Below are positions 23,110 to 31,721 of a DNA stretch of 64,000 nt, piece by piece. Both the position numbers and the translations under genes were made by a program. The notes beneath the pieces are model-generated. The model was given only the letters and a program-made list of their open reading frames with translations. It was not told the DNA's origin and ran no database searches. How positions within the stretch are numbered: the first letter of the stretch is position 1; each line of letters starts with the position of its first letter. Origin of the DNA: an uncultured Candidatus Saccharibacteria bacterium. GTDB taxonomy: Bacteria; Patescibacteriota; Saccharimonadia; Saccharimonadales; AWTP1-31. The DNA lies in NCBI GenBank assembly GCA_964634445.1, contig CAZWJA010000002.1, positions 9,844 to 73,843 of the forward strand. Reading direction: 5' to 3'.

Positions 23110-25019
23110 TGGCTTTTGGACGAAAAAACAAATCCGACCCAGTAGCTATTGCCCAGGCCCAAAAAGCTTTGGAAGAACGAGAAGTAAGTGCCGCATTTCA
23201 AAAAGGTGTCACGGCATTACGAGACTTCATAGCCCCAAGTTCACTAGTGTTTGATAACAGTTATTTCCATATCGGTACAAGAATGGCCAGAACTTTTTAC
23301 GTATTCGGCTATCCACGTCAAATATTTACTGGGTGGCTGAGCAGTATGGTAAACATGGATGAGATAATCGACCTGTCTATTTATGTCTATCCAGTCGAAA
23401 GCCAGGTAGTATTAGAAAACCTAAGGAAAAAAGTAACCCAGTTAGAAGCGGGAATTCAGATAGACGCCGAAAAAGGCCGTATCCGTGACCCGGGAAAACA
23501 AGCAGCGATAGTTGATGCTGAAGAAATGCGTGACAAGCTTCAGGTTGGAGAAGAAAGGTTCTTTAGGTTCGGGCTTTACTTTACTGTCTATGGCAACAGT
23601 ACGGATGAATTGGATTTCATTACTCACAAAATCGAGTCTGTGCTAGGACAACAGTCGATTTACTCAAAAGTCGCAACTTCCCAGCAGGAGCAGGGTTTTA
23701 ATAGTACCATCCCTCAATTTACCGACCAGCTGCAAATTCGGCGCAATATGAACACCGGTGCGATTAGCACCAGCTTTCCTTTTACGAGTGCTGATCTAAG
23801 CCAAGATAATGGTATTTTATATGGAATCAACATGCACAATTCAGGTCTAGTTATCTTCGATCGGTTCAGCCTTGAAAACGGCAACTCAGTTGTGTTCGCC
23901 AAATCGGGTGCCGGGAAGTCATTTGCCGTTAAGTTAGAGGCTATTCGCAGCCTGATGTTCGGGACTGAAATTTTCATAATTGACCCAGAAAATGAATATC
24001 AGAGAATGTGCGATGCAGTCGGCGGAGCTTATGTGCGACTGAGTTTAAACTCTGCTACAAGAATTAATCCTTTTGATTTACCGAAAGTAATAGATACAGA
24101 GGATGCCGACAATGCATTAAGAAGTAATATTATTACTCTGCACGGATTATTAAGGTTAATGATGGGCGGCGCTCAAGCCCAAATGGTTGCCGGAGGAGTA
24201 GCTTCGATGCCGGTATTAAGTCCGATTGAAGAATCTGATCTGGACGCTGCTTTAATAGAGACCTATGCCAAAGCTGGTATCACCAACGACCCATTAACTC
24301 ACAATTCCCGACCGCCAACAATTGTTGACCTATACGACACATTGCTCCACATGGGCAATACCGGTCCGCAACTTGCTCAAAGAATTAGGAAATATACAAG
24401 CGGAACATTCGCAGGAATATTCTCGCAGCAATCTAATACCAATATCAATAACCCGATGGTTGTATTTAACATCCGTGACCTAGAAGACGAACTAAGACCC
24501 GTAGCTATGTATATTGTTTTGAATTACATTTGGAATAAGACCAAAAGCGACCAACGCAAACGAATCTTAATTATCGACGAAGCTTGGCAGCTAATGAAAT
24601 ATGAAGACTCTGCCAACTTCATGTTCAGCCTTGCCAAACGAGCTCGTAAGTATAATTTAGGCATTACAACTATCAGTCAAGATGTCGAAGATTTCATGGC
24701 CAGCCGGATGGGCAGGGCGATTGTAGCTAATGCCAGCATGCAGTTATTACTTAAGCAATCTAGTTCGGCAGTCGATGTTTTGGCAGATGTATTTAAGCTG
24801 ACTAGTGAGGAACGCAAACGGTTAAGCCAGTTCCCGGTCGGACAGGGGTTGTTTTTTGCCGGCCAAAGTCATGTCCACATCCAAGTAACCTCTAGTCCGA
24901 CTGAAATGAGTCTTATTACTACCAACCCAGACCAAGTACAACAACTGGCTCAGCAGGGCGAACTAAATCAACCTCAAGGAACGATTGATCTTTCAAACAG
25001 ATTAACCCCAGGTGTTTAA
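23109..25019 (+). CDS. virB4: VirB4-family T4SS ATPase
   Basis: 636 aa. Walker A FAKSGAGKSFAVK, Walker B RILIIDEAWQL, and the N-domain pattern FIAPSSLVFDNSYFHIGTRMARTFYVFGYP. Confidence 0.9.
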   Translation: MAFGRKNKSDPVAIAQAQKALEEREVSAAFQKGVTALRDFIAPSSLVFDNSYFHIGTRMARTFYVFGYPRQIFTGWLSSMVNMDEIIDLSIYVYPVESQVVLENLRKKVTQLEAGIQIDAEKGRIRDPGKQAAIVDAEEMRDKLQVGEERFFRFGLYFTVYGNSTDELDFITHKIESVLGQQSIYSKVATSQQEQGFNSTIPQFTDQLQIRRNMNTGAISTSFPFTSADLSQDNGILYGINMHNSGLVIFDRFSLENGNSVVFAKSGAGKSFAVKLEAIRSLMFGTEIFIIDPENEYQRMCDAVGGAYVRLSLNSATRINPFDLPKVIDTEDADNALRSNIITLHGLLRLMMGGAQAQMVAGGVASMPVLSPIEESDLDAALIETYAKAGITNDPLTHNSRPPTIVDLYDTLLHMGNTGPQLAQRIRKYTSGTFAGIFSQQSNTNINNPMVVFNIRDLEDELRPVAMYIVLNYIWNKTKSDQRKRILIIDEAWQLMKYEDSANFMFSLAKRARKYNLGITTISQDVEDFMASRMGRAIVANASMQLLLKQSSSAVDVLADVFKLTSEERKRLSQFPVGQGLFFAGQSHVHIQVTSSPTEMSLITTNPDQVQQLAQQGELNQPQGTIDLSNRLTPGV

Positions 25020-25022
25020 TAA

Positions 25023-28000
25023 ATGGCGAAGAATCCAAGACGAACCGGAAAATACACAGGCAAAATAAAATTCAAGGTAAGGCTAAGTAAAGAGCCTGGC
25101 CGAGCTATATACGATGATCAGGGGCCTGAAGAAGAAATAAATCCTTATGCCGAATCCGGCAATAATAACGAAAGTGTAGATGATGAAGGCGAATTAGACG
25201 AATCTGCTGAAGATCAACCAGATGACAGCGAAAATGAAGGCAACGAGGTCGGTAGCAGCGATAATATTGACAGTCCTGCCGAAACCAAAGATAGCGAATC
25301 AGATGGCTTAAGTCCTTCAGAACTTGACGAAGCCGAGAATAAACCAAGCTCTGACGAAACTAAAACCAACGCAGAGTCGGATGAAGCCAGCTCTCTTGAT
25401 GATAAAGTCGGCAAAGGCTACAGTGAAGAAGATAGTCCAAAACTTACTAGATTGGGACAAAAAGTTAAGGGTTGGAGCACTAGGAAGAAAGCAGTTGTCG
25501 GAGGAGGAGTTATAGGAGGACTTGTTGCTGGTCTAATTGCTGGTTTGATTTCGATTGTGCCACTAAAGATTGTCCACATTACTTCCAATCTCGAACAGAG
25601 GTTTTTTGCAACTTCAGAAGATGCAGTTCAGAAAGAGGGAGATAAGCTTTTGAGCAGATATCTTAAAAAATATGTTATTCCAGGTCTGAGTAATGACAAG
25701 AACTGTATCAGCACTAGAGTTATCAGCAAAAACTGTGTAGCCCGGATAGACGGCCAGGGACCAGCATCAAGAGTCTATAACGCATGGAAAGATGCCAGGC
25801 TTGAGAATAAGCTGGCTATTAATTACGGTGTTGAAGTCGAGAGAAGAGGAAATGAGTACAGATTAAAAGTAAATGGGTCGGATAATAAGATCGATATGGA
25901 CGATTGGAACAAGAATCCGGATAAAGATATATGGCAAGTCGCCGGAAATAGAAATGAAGTTCGTACCGAAATAAGGGCGGCTTTTAAAGGTGAAACTAAG
26001 TGGAAACAAACCATGTACCGCTTTAAGGTCGGGCGACTATTAGAAAGAAAATACGGCATAAGAAGGTGTGTCTTCTTTTGTAAGTCCAGAGATAACTTTG
26101 ACGACTGGAAGAATCGGAAACGCGAGGGCTTTCGAATTACCCTTATCCGCCGGGTTATACAACCGCGCTCGGAACTCTTAGGATTGGCTTTGGAATGCAT
26201 GATTTCAAGTGGTTGTGATTCATATGACAGCAAAGACGAAGATCATACAAGGCGAGACAAACTACAGAAGAATATTGGTGAATACCTGCAGAAGTCAGGC
26301 AGAGAAGCATCGCAGGAATCGCTGCAACAGCTAGTAGGCATGGTTGACGATATAGCTTCTAAGGGCGGCGTGACAAAATATGTAATCGAGAAACTTTTAG
26401 GCAAGACCGCGGCTAAGATATCCGCAAAGGCTCTCCCTATTATTGGCTGGATTGACTTCGGTGCCGATATGATCAAATACGCTAAAGACACCGGACCTAC
26501 GCTCAAGAAATGGAGGTATGCTATTTTAGCAGCACAGGCTGTACCATTATATATGATGTACCGCAGTCATGCAGACGAAATTAAAAACGGTTATGTTGAT
26601 CCGGAGCTAGTAGGGTCGATGGTTGATTCTTTTAGCGATACAGCCGGAACTACAGATAATACCGATCAAGCTGCTGAGAAGAGCCCGCTTTATGCCGATA
26701 TCATGGGTGCTGATGTCACGACACCTGATCCAGTCAGCTTGTTTATGCCAGCTAAAGTTTCCGCAGAATCCAATTCCACTCCTTATAAATGCGACGACGG
26801 CACACCCGCAGATGGAAACAAAAAGATTTGTCCTGAAGAAGATTTTAAAACCGACAATGCTTTTACAGACATATCTAAGGCTTTTTCTGTGCCTCCCTTA
26901 AATATACTCGGCGTAACGGCAGATGTCTGGAATTCTACTTTCGGCAAACTACTTGATGTTGGTGGTGAAATCCTCATGAAAGGCATAACTGCCGCTTTTC
27001 CGGGCGTACAAATCGCAATGGATAAGATCAATGAAATTGGAGCTGGCATGCTTAAAACATTTGCTGAAAAGCTTTTCAAAACACCCATAAGCGAAAACCC
27101 GACTGGTGCCAGGGCATTCAGCCAGGCAACAGCTGGTGCCGATGTCGCCGGAAATGAATTCGCCCATTACGGTCTGGGCGCCCGTAAAATTAATGGCGTA
27201 GAATTAGCCGCAATTAGAAATGAGCAGTACCAACAGAATCTAGAAGAGTTTAAGAAAAAATCTCTGATGGCACGATTGCTTGATAAAAATGAAAGTAAAT
27301 CGCTAATCAGCCGTGTAGCAATGGCTACGCCATCTAATGTAAATGGGTTTAGTCATAAGACCTTCGACAACATCGCTGCTAATCCGCTGTCGGTGCTTGC
27401 GATTAACTTCGCATCCGTCTTTAACTCTAAAAAGGCTTATGCCGAAGTTGAATCAGATCCATTTTCAATTCCGCAATTTGGCTTTCCGGCTGACGATCCA
27501 GCTTTCAAAGTAGATCCTGATACTTTGACAGATGAGCATTGCGAGCAGTCTATAAAAGAATGGGAGGATAATGTCACAACCGACGAACTAACTGGTACAG
27601 ATATTCATACGACTTCTAATGCCTGCCTGTTAGTAAAAGCTGCTGCTACAAGTGTGGGTGGCTATTACAGCGATGATGTATTAGAAGCCAAAGATAAATC
27701 ATCTACCTCATCAGGAACCGGTTCTGCTACAGCACCAGGAACCGGAGGACCATCTACTTTTAACTATGCTGAATATGTTAATTTGTCCAGGTCTGAACTT
27801 GTAGCTAAATTATTGGCTAGTCCGAACTGGAAGCCTCAGAACAGTCGAGTTACTAGCGATGTGACAAACGGAATAGCAAAAGACGACCTAGTAAAGTTGT
27901 TAGTTGCCATAGTCGAAAAAGCCAATGTCGTTATCAGGCCGTCGGTAATTAAAACTGGGCATTCCGATTGCGCTAACTCAGGAAATACCTCCAATCATTA

Positions 28001-28247
28001 CAGCGGTCTGGCGATTGATATAGGCAATGAGGAAGTAGCGACGGCTCTAGTACCGTGGCTGTTTACTAACCGCGATGCCTTGGGATTAAACGAGCTAATC
28101 ATCAATCCGGTTGTAGCCGGGACTAGCAACTTAAGAGATGGTAAACCACATAGCTTCAGTGCTGCTGTTATGGGCGATCATAAAGACCACATACATGTTT
28201 CAGTAAAAGGCCCAAGGACATTGTCTCCGAAATGTGGAGGCAACTAG
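25023..28247 (+). CDS. Large membrane-anchored protein with acidic disordered N-terminus and C-terminal LAS-type (M15-like) metallopeptidase motifs
   Basis: Asp/Glu/Ser-rich residues ~30-140, a single TM (AVVGGGVIGGLVAGLIAGLISIVPL), and a large extracytoplasmic region. The C-terminus carries SNHYSGLAIDI and DHKDHIHVSV (H..D...HxH zinc ligand pattern). Confidence 0.7.
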   Translation: MAKNPRRTGKYTGKIKFKVRLSKEPGRAIYDDQGPEEEINPYAESGNNNESVDDEGELDESAEDQPDDSENEGNEVGSSDNIDSPAETKDSESDGLSPSELDEAENKPSSDETKTNAESDEASSLDDKVGKGYSEEDSPKLTRLGQKVKGWSTRKKAVVGGGVIGGLVAGLIAGLISIVPLKIVHITSNLEQRFFATSEDAVQKEGDKLLSRYLKKYVIPGLSNDKNCISTRVISKNCVARIDGQGPASRVYNAWKDARLENKLAINYGVEVERRGNEYRLKVNGSDNKIDMDDWNKNPDKDIWQVAGNRNEVRTEIRAAFKGETKWKQTMYRFKVGRLLERKYGIRRCVFFCKSRDNFDDWKNRKREGFRITLIRRVIQPRSELLGLALECMISSGCDSYDSKDEDHTRRDKLQKNIGEYLQKSGREASQESLQQLVGMVDDIASKGGVTKYVIEKLLGKTAAKISAKALPIIGWIDFGADMIKYAKDTGPTLKKWRYAILAAQAVPLYMMYRSHADEIKNGYVDPELVGSMVDSFSDTAGTTDNTDQAAEKSPLYADIMGADVTTPDPVSLFMPAKVSAESNSTPYKCDDGTPADGNKKICPEEDFKTDNAFTDISKAFSVPPLNILGVTADVWNSTFGKLLDVGGEILMKGITAAFPGVQIAMDKINEIGAGMLKTFAEKLFKTPISENPTGARAFSQATAGADVAGNEFAHYGLGARKINGVELAAIRNEQYQQNLEEFKKKSLMARLLDKNESKSLISRVAMATPSNVNGFSHKTFDNIAANPLSVLAINFASVFNSKKAYAEVESDPFSIPQFGFPADDPAFKVDPDTLTDEHCEQSIKEWEDNVTTDELTGTDIHTTSNACLLVKAAATSVGGYYSDDVLEAKDKSSTSSGTGSATAPGTGGPSTFNYAEYVNLSRSELVAKLLASPNWKPQNSRVTSDVTNGIAKDDLVKLLVAIVEKANVVIRPSVIKTGHSDCANSGNTSNHYSGLAIDIGNEEVATALVPWLFTNRDALGLNELIINPVVAGTSNLRDGKPHSFSAAVMGDHKDHIHVSVKGPRTLSPKCGGN

Positions 28248-29308
28248 TGGTAAAACGAATAGTATTGCTAGTAATAGCTTTAGTTATTTTTCTACCTAAC
28301 GTCGCCCAAGCTATTTCACAGGAAGATATCGACGCCCTCAACAGAGATACGGCTAATCACCTTTATGACTATGTCGAAGATATTAGTGGCGTTCCTGGTG
28401 GAGGCAATGCCATAAATGAATCTGAAATCATTAAGCATGTTGTATTTACTGGAAAATCAATAACACCGACAGCTGTTGTTCTACACTGGACGGGCGGCAG
28501 CCCTAATGCCAGTGTCGAGACTTTTGTATCTAGCATAAAAGGCAATAAGTCATGCGGTGAAAGCGGCTGTTCAGTCCAGCTCTATATTGACGGGTCAGGC
28601 AAAGTCTATCAACTAGTAGACCAGCTGAATACACAGACCGAGCATGCATCTAACTTTAACAGTTCGTCAATTGGTATTGAGATTGCCGCTGGATCTGATG
28701 GCACCGTAGAAACAGCACAACGAGAGATAAATAGTAACGAAGTGCAAAAGAATGCAGTTGCTAGAACTGTAGCCTACCTGCAAATAAAATTCGGCATACA
28801 AACAGATCCGGATGTAGCCGCGAAAAAAGGAGTATTGTCGCATCATATTGTCGATCCAGGTCGCAAATCAGATGTCGGAGATAAATATCATCAAGCTATT
28901 ATCTCCGCTCTTAAGTCAGGTGGCGGGACAGGAAGTGGGGGCGCCTTTACGCCTGGTGACCCAAGCCAGTTGCCTCCAAGAGTAAGGGCAGTAAACTTAA
29001 ACTTTAACGCAAATATCCAAATCGGAAAACGGCTGGCTGAGCCATACGGTTGGGGAGATGGGAACCAGTTTGCATGCATTTACGAACTCTATATGCGTGA
29101 ATCTTCATGGACTATAACCGCTGACAACCCAACGTCTAGTGCATATGGCATTCCTCAGGCGTTGCCCGGTAAAAAAATGGCATCTGAAGGAGCCGACTGG
29201 ATGACTAACCCTGAGACCCAAATCAAGTGGGGATTAAAGTATATTAAAGGCAGGTACGGAACACCTTGCGACGCTATAAGGTGGCATAACTCGCATAACT
29301 GGTATTAA
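28232..29308 (+). CDS. Secreted two-domain peptidoglycan hydrolase: N-acetylmuramoyl-L-alanine amidase (amidase_2/PGRP-like) plus C-terminal transglycosylase-like domain
   Basis: Signal peptide (IVLLVIALVIFLPNVAQA). Amidase_2 pattern VVLHWTGG...SIGIEIA...LSHHIVDPGRKSDVG. C-terminal YMRESSWTITADNPTSSAYGIPQALPGKKM...QIKWGLKYIKGRYGTPC resembles the Apf/SLT-like secreted hydrolase domain. Confidence 0.75.
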   Translation: MWRQLVVKRIVLLVIALVIFLPNVAQAISQEDIDALNRDTANHLYDYVEDISGVPGGGNAINESEIIKHVVFTGKSITPTAVVLHWTGGSPNASVETFVSSIKGNKSCGESGCSVQLYIDGSGKVYQLVDQLNTQTEHASNFNSSSIGIEIAAGSDGTVETAQREINSNEVQKNAVARTVAYLQIKFGIQTDPDVAAKKGVLSHHIVDPGRKSDVGDKYHQAIISALKSGGGTGSGGAFTPGDPSQLPPRVRAVNLNFNANIQIGKRLAEPYGWGDGNQFACIYELYMRESSWTITADNPTSSAYGIPQALPGKKMASEGADWMTNPETQIKWGLKYIKGRYGTPCDAIRWHNSHNWY

Positions 29309-29316
29309 GGACATAT

Positions 29317-30624
29317 ATGAAAAAAATAATAATTTTATCTCTCGTTTTAATTCTAATAGGCGTAGGTATTTTTAAGTATCTTAAAAGGGACTCCGCCGGC
29401 AAAGCTGATCTTTATCTGAGCGATGTAATTGCCACAAACATCGGATTTATAGAACCATCGTCGCAAGATAAACTTAGGTTTTTTACTGGTAATAATATAG
29501 CCCAGTTGGATTTAAAATCACCGCAGAAAACAACTAGTCTTAGCCCAGTTGTCCCAATGGGACGGGTATTAAAAGTTGTTTGGCTCCAAGACGCGGCCTT
29601 AGTAAAAGTAAATCAACTGGAAGATACTGAGTACTTGTACAATTCTATGAGCGAAGCAGACCAAAGCATTTATAGCTCATACTCCAGTTGGTGGTATGTC
29701 GATAAAACCGCAGTTAGAAAATTTGAATTTCCGGATATTATCTCCGCATATATCCAAGACATATTTATAGAGTCAGGGAAAATTCATATCCTCTATGGCA
29801 AGCCCTCTGGGAATGTGTTTAGCGTTGCTGTTTACAGTTCTGTCGCCGCTAAAAGTCCTGAGTACAAGATGGAGGATAAATTTGATTTGTCCCAAATAGT
29901 AGGTGCCGATAGTAATTCCACAATAATAATGGAATCTAACGGGGGTCTCAGGAAAGTAACTAAAAATTCATATGACAGTTTAGGTAAAGATAAATATATT
30001 TCTGCAAAATGGGATCCGATTACAAAAAACCTTGTAGTAGCCAGGGCAAATAAAGAGCTAAAGTCTTCATCAAATGATCAAGACAAACATGAGAACGAAA
30101 GTGGGTTTAAACTGGCCATCCTAAATCTCGAAAACGGGAAAACTAAAGAAATACAGGATAGTGCCACCGGCATATATTTTATCAGTGGTGGGAAAATCTA
30201 TAACTTTTCGTCCGATAAAGATAAGTCACTTTTGGAATATGACCTGAAATCTAATAAATCTAACAAGTATAGTTTGATGGGCGGAAAATACTCTAACAGC
30301 TCAATTAGAGGCCTTGCTGTGAATTCAAACCTAATTTCGGTTACAGATAATCAAAATAACTTGTCAGTTTTCAGCCAGGACAGTAATCTTGTCGCTGGGT
30401 TACCTGAAACTAAATTAATAAAAACTAACGAACGGGAGATCAATTTAGATAACATGTACATAAGCTATGATTTAACCCAAAATAAAGCCAGTATAGTGGT
30501 CTATGAACCGGTCGAAAAAGCTCCAGAAACAATAAGTAAATATTTACCTGAAGTGGAGAAGATCATCGGCGACGCTAATCAGGTAAATATTGAATGGTCG
30601 TTTGAGACAGAATCAGAGTTCTAA
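29317..30624 (+). CDS. N-terminally anchored extracytoplasmic protein of unknown function (last gene of T4SS operon)
   Basis: Single N-terminal TM (KIIILSLVLILIGVGIF), then ~410 aa rich in Ser/Asn/Lys with a beta-strand-like periodicity. SD AAGGA upstream. Confidence 0.65.
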   Translation: MKKIIILSLVLILIGVGIFKYLKRDSAGKADLYLSDVIATNIGFIEPSSQDKLRFFTGNNIAQLDLKSPQKTTSLSPVVPMGRVLKVVWLQDAALVKVNQLEDTEYLYNSMSEADQSIYSSYSSWWYVDKTAVRKFEFPDIISAYIQDIFIESGKIHILYGKPSGNVFSVAVYSSVAAKSPEYKMEDKFDLSQIVGADSNSTIIMESNGGLRKVTKNSYDSLGKDKYISAKWDPITKNLVVARANKELKSSSNDQDKHENESGFKLAILNLENGKTKEIQDSATGIYFISGGKIYNFSSDKDKSLLEYDLKSNKSNKYSLMGGKYSNSSIRGLAVNSNLISVTDNQNNLSVFSQDSNLVAGLPETKLIKTNEREINLDNMYISYDLTQNKASIVVYEPVEKAPETISKYLPEVEKIIGDANQVNIEWSFETESEF

Positions 30625-30625
30625 T

Positions 30626-31681
30626 TTACCTGTTAATCGGTATAATCGTGCAGTCATCCATAAAATGCTGGACGACTATATCTGCATCTGTAGTAGTTAT
30701 AAAGGCTTGGTAGTCTTTCAAATACTTAGTTAATGCTTTCCGGCGGGATCCATCTAGTTCACTGAAGACATCGTCTAGCAGTAGAATCGGTTTCTTATTC
30801 CGATTTTCTTCTAGCAGTTTTAATTCGAGAATCTTTAGGGCTAGTAATATAGTTCTGGATTCGCCTCGAGATGCACTTACTGCTGCGTCGTGTTCGCCTA
30901 TGCTTACCTCCAGATCGTCGCGGTGGGGTCCAAAAGAAGTGAAGCCTTTCATTAGGTCGTCATGCCAGTTTGCCTCCAGCAATTTTAGCAGGTTGGTACT
31001 GTAGGAATCGGTTTTGCATTTTGAGTAATAGTTTAGCTCTACTACCGTATCGGAATGGGAAAGTGCTTGATACAGATTAGTAATACTTAGTTTGAGCTGG
31101 TCTATTAAGTCCAGCCTGTACTTAACTATCTTACCTCCCAACTCGCTCAGCCTGACGTTCCAAACAAAGAAATCGTTTTTACTTGATCCGGGAGTTTTCA
31201 ACAGCCTATTGCGCTGGGACAATGTCCGCTTGTAGTCGGCTCTAAGCCGGCTGTAGCCGGTCACTGTTTGTTCCAACAAGTTATCGATATAGTCGCGGCG
31301 TCTTTCCGGCCCGCCACTAAGCAGTTGGAGGTGGTCAGGCTCAAAGACTACTACCGGCACTGTTTTATTGAACGGCAGCCGCCGGTATTCAACATCGTTA
31401 ATTACGTATTTCTTTTGTGTCGTATTGTCTTTTCGCTCAACTGTCAGGATTCTTTTGCCGTCCGGCGTATCGCTCTCTAACCGGGCCCAGGGCTGGTCAA
31501 ACTGAATGACGTCCAGGTCGCGGACCCGGTAGGAACTGCCTAGACAGACCATTAGAATTGCTTCTAGCAGATTGGTCTTGCCGCTGGCGTTTGGTCCGAC
31601 GATTATGTTCACTCCATTGCCGAATTCAAACACTTCGTCGGTGTAACTTCGAAATTGCTTTAAGTGAATATCGTGGATCAT
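30626..31681 (-). CDS. recF: DNA replication/repair protein RecF
   Basis: Walker A GPNASGKTNLLEAI, the SMC-like signature region, and Walker B PILLLDDVFSELD. Confidence 0.92.
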   Translation of the reverse strand: MIHDIHLKQFRSYTDEVFEFGNGVNIIVGPNASGKTNLLEAILMVCLGSSYRVRDLDVIQFDQPWARLESDTPDGKRILTVERKDNTTQKKYVINDVEYRRLPFNKTVPVVVFEPDHLQLLSGGPERRRDYIDNLLEQTVTGYSRLRADYKRTLSQRNRLLKTPGSSKNDFFVWNVRLSELGGKIVKYRLDLIDQLKLSITNLYQALSHSDTVVELNYYSKCKTDSYSTNLLKLLEANWHDDLMKGFTSFGPHRDDLEVSIGEHDAAVSASRGESRTILLALKILELKLLEENRNKKPILLLDDVFSELDGSRRKALTKYLKDYQAFITTTDADIVVQHFMDDCTIIPINR

Positions 31682-31721
31682 CTGCCTATTTTACCTTGGT
31701 TTTGTTTTAGGCTTCGTATGA

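Larger units (their letters stand above)
13655..30624. other. Type IV secretion-like gene cluster (divergent pilin array plus core operon)
   Basis: See the individual genes. Six VirB2/TrbC-like paralogues on the minus strand. Eight tightly packed plus-strand genes include VirB6-like, PrgI/VirB3-like, VirB4 and cell-wall hydrolases. Confidence 0.8.

Noticed and set aside
11211-30624. Idea that the T4SS locus is an integrative conjugative element inserted at the tRNA cluster
   Set aside because: No integrase, relaxase, coupling protein, replication or partition genes, or obvious flanking direct repeats are visible. comFC and hsp20 lie between the tRNAs and the locus, and the other flank is recF-dnaN-dnaA. 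This cannot be fully excluded without the whole genome.
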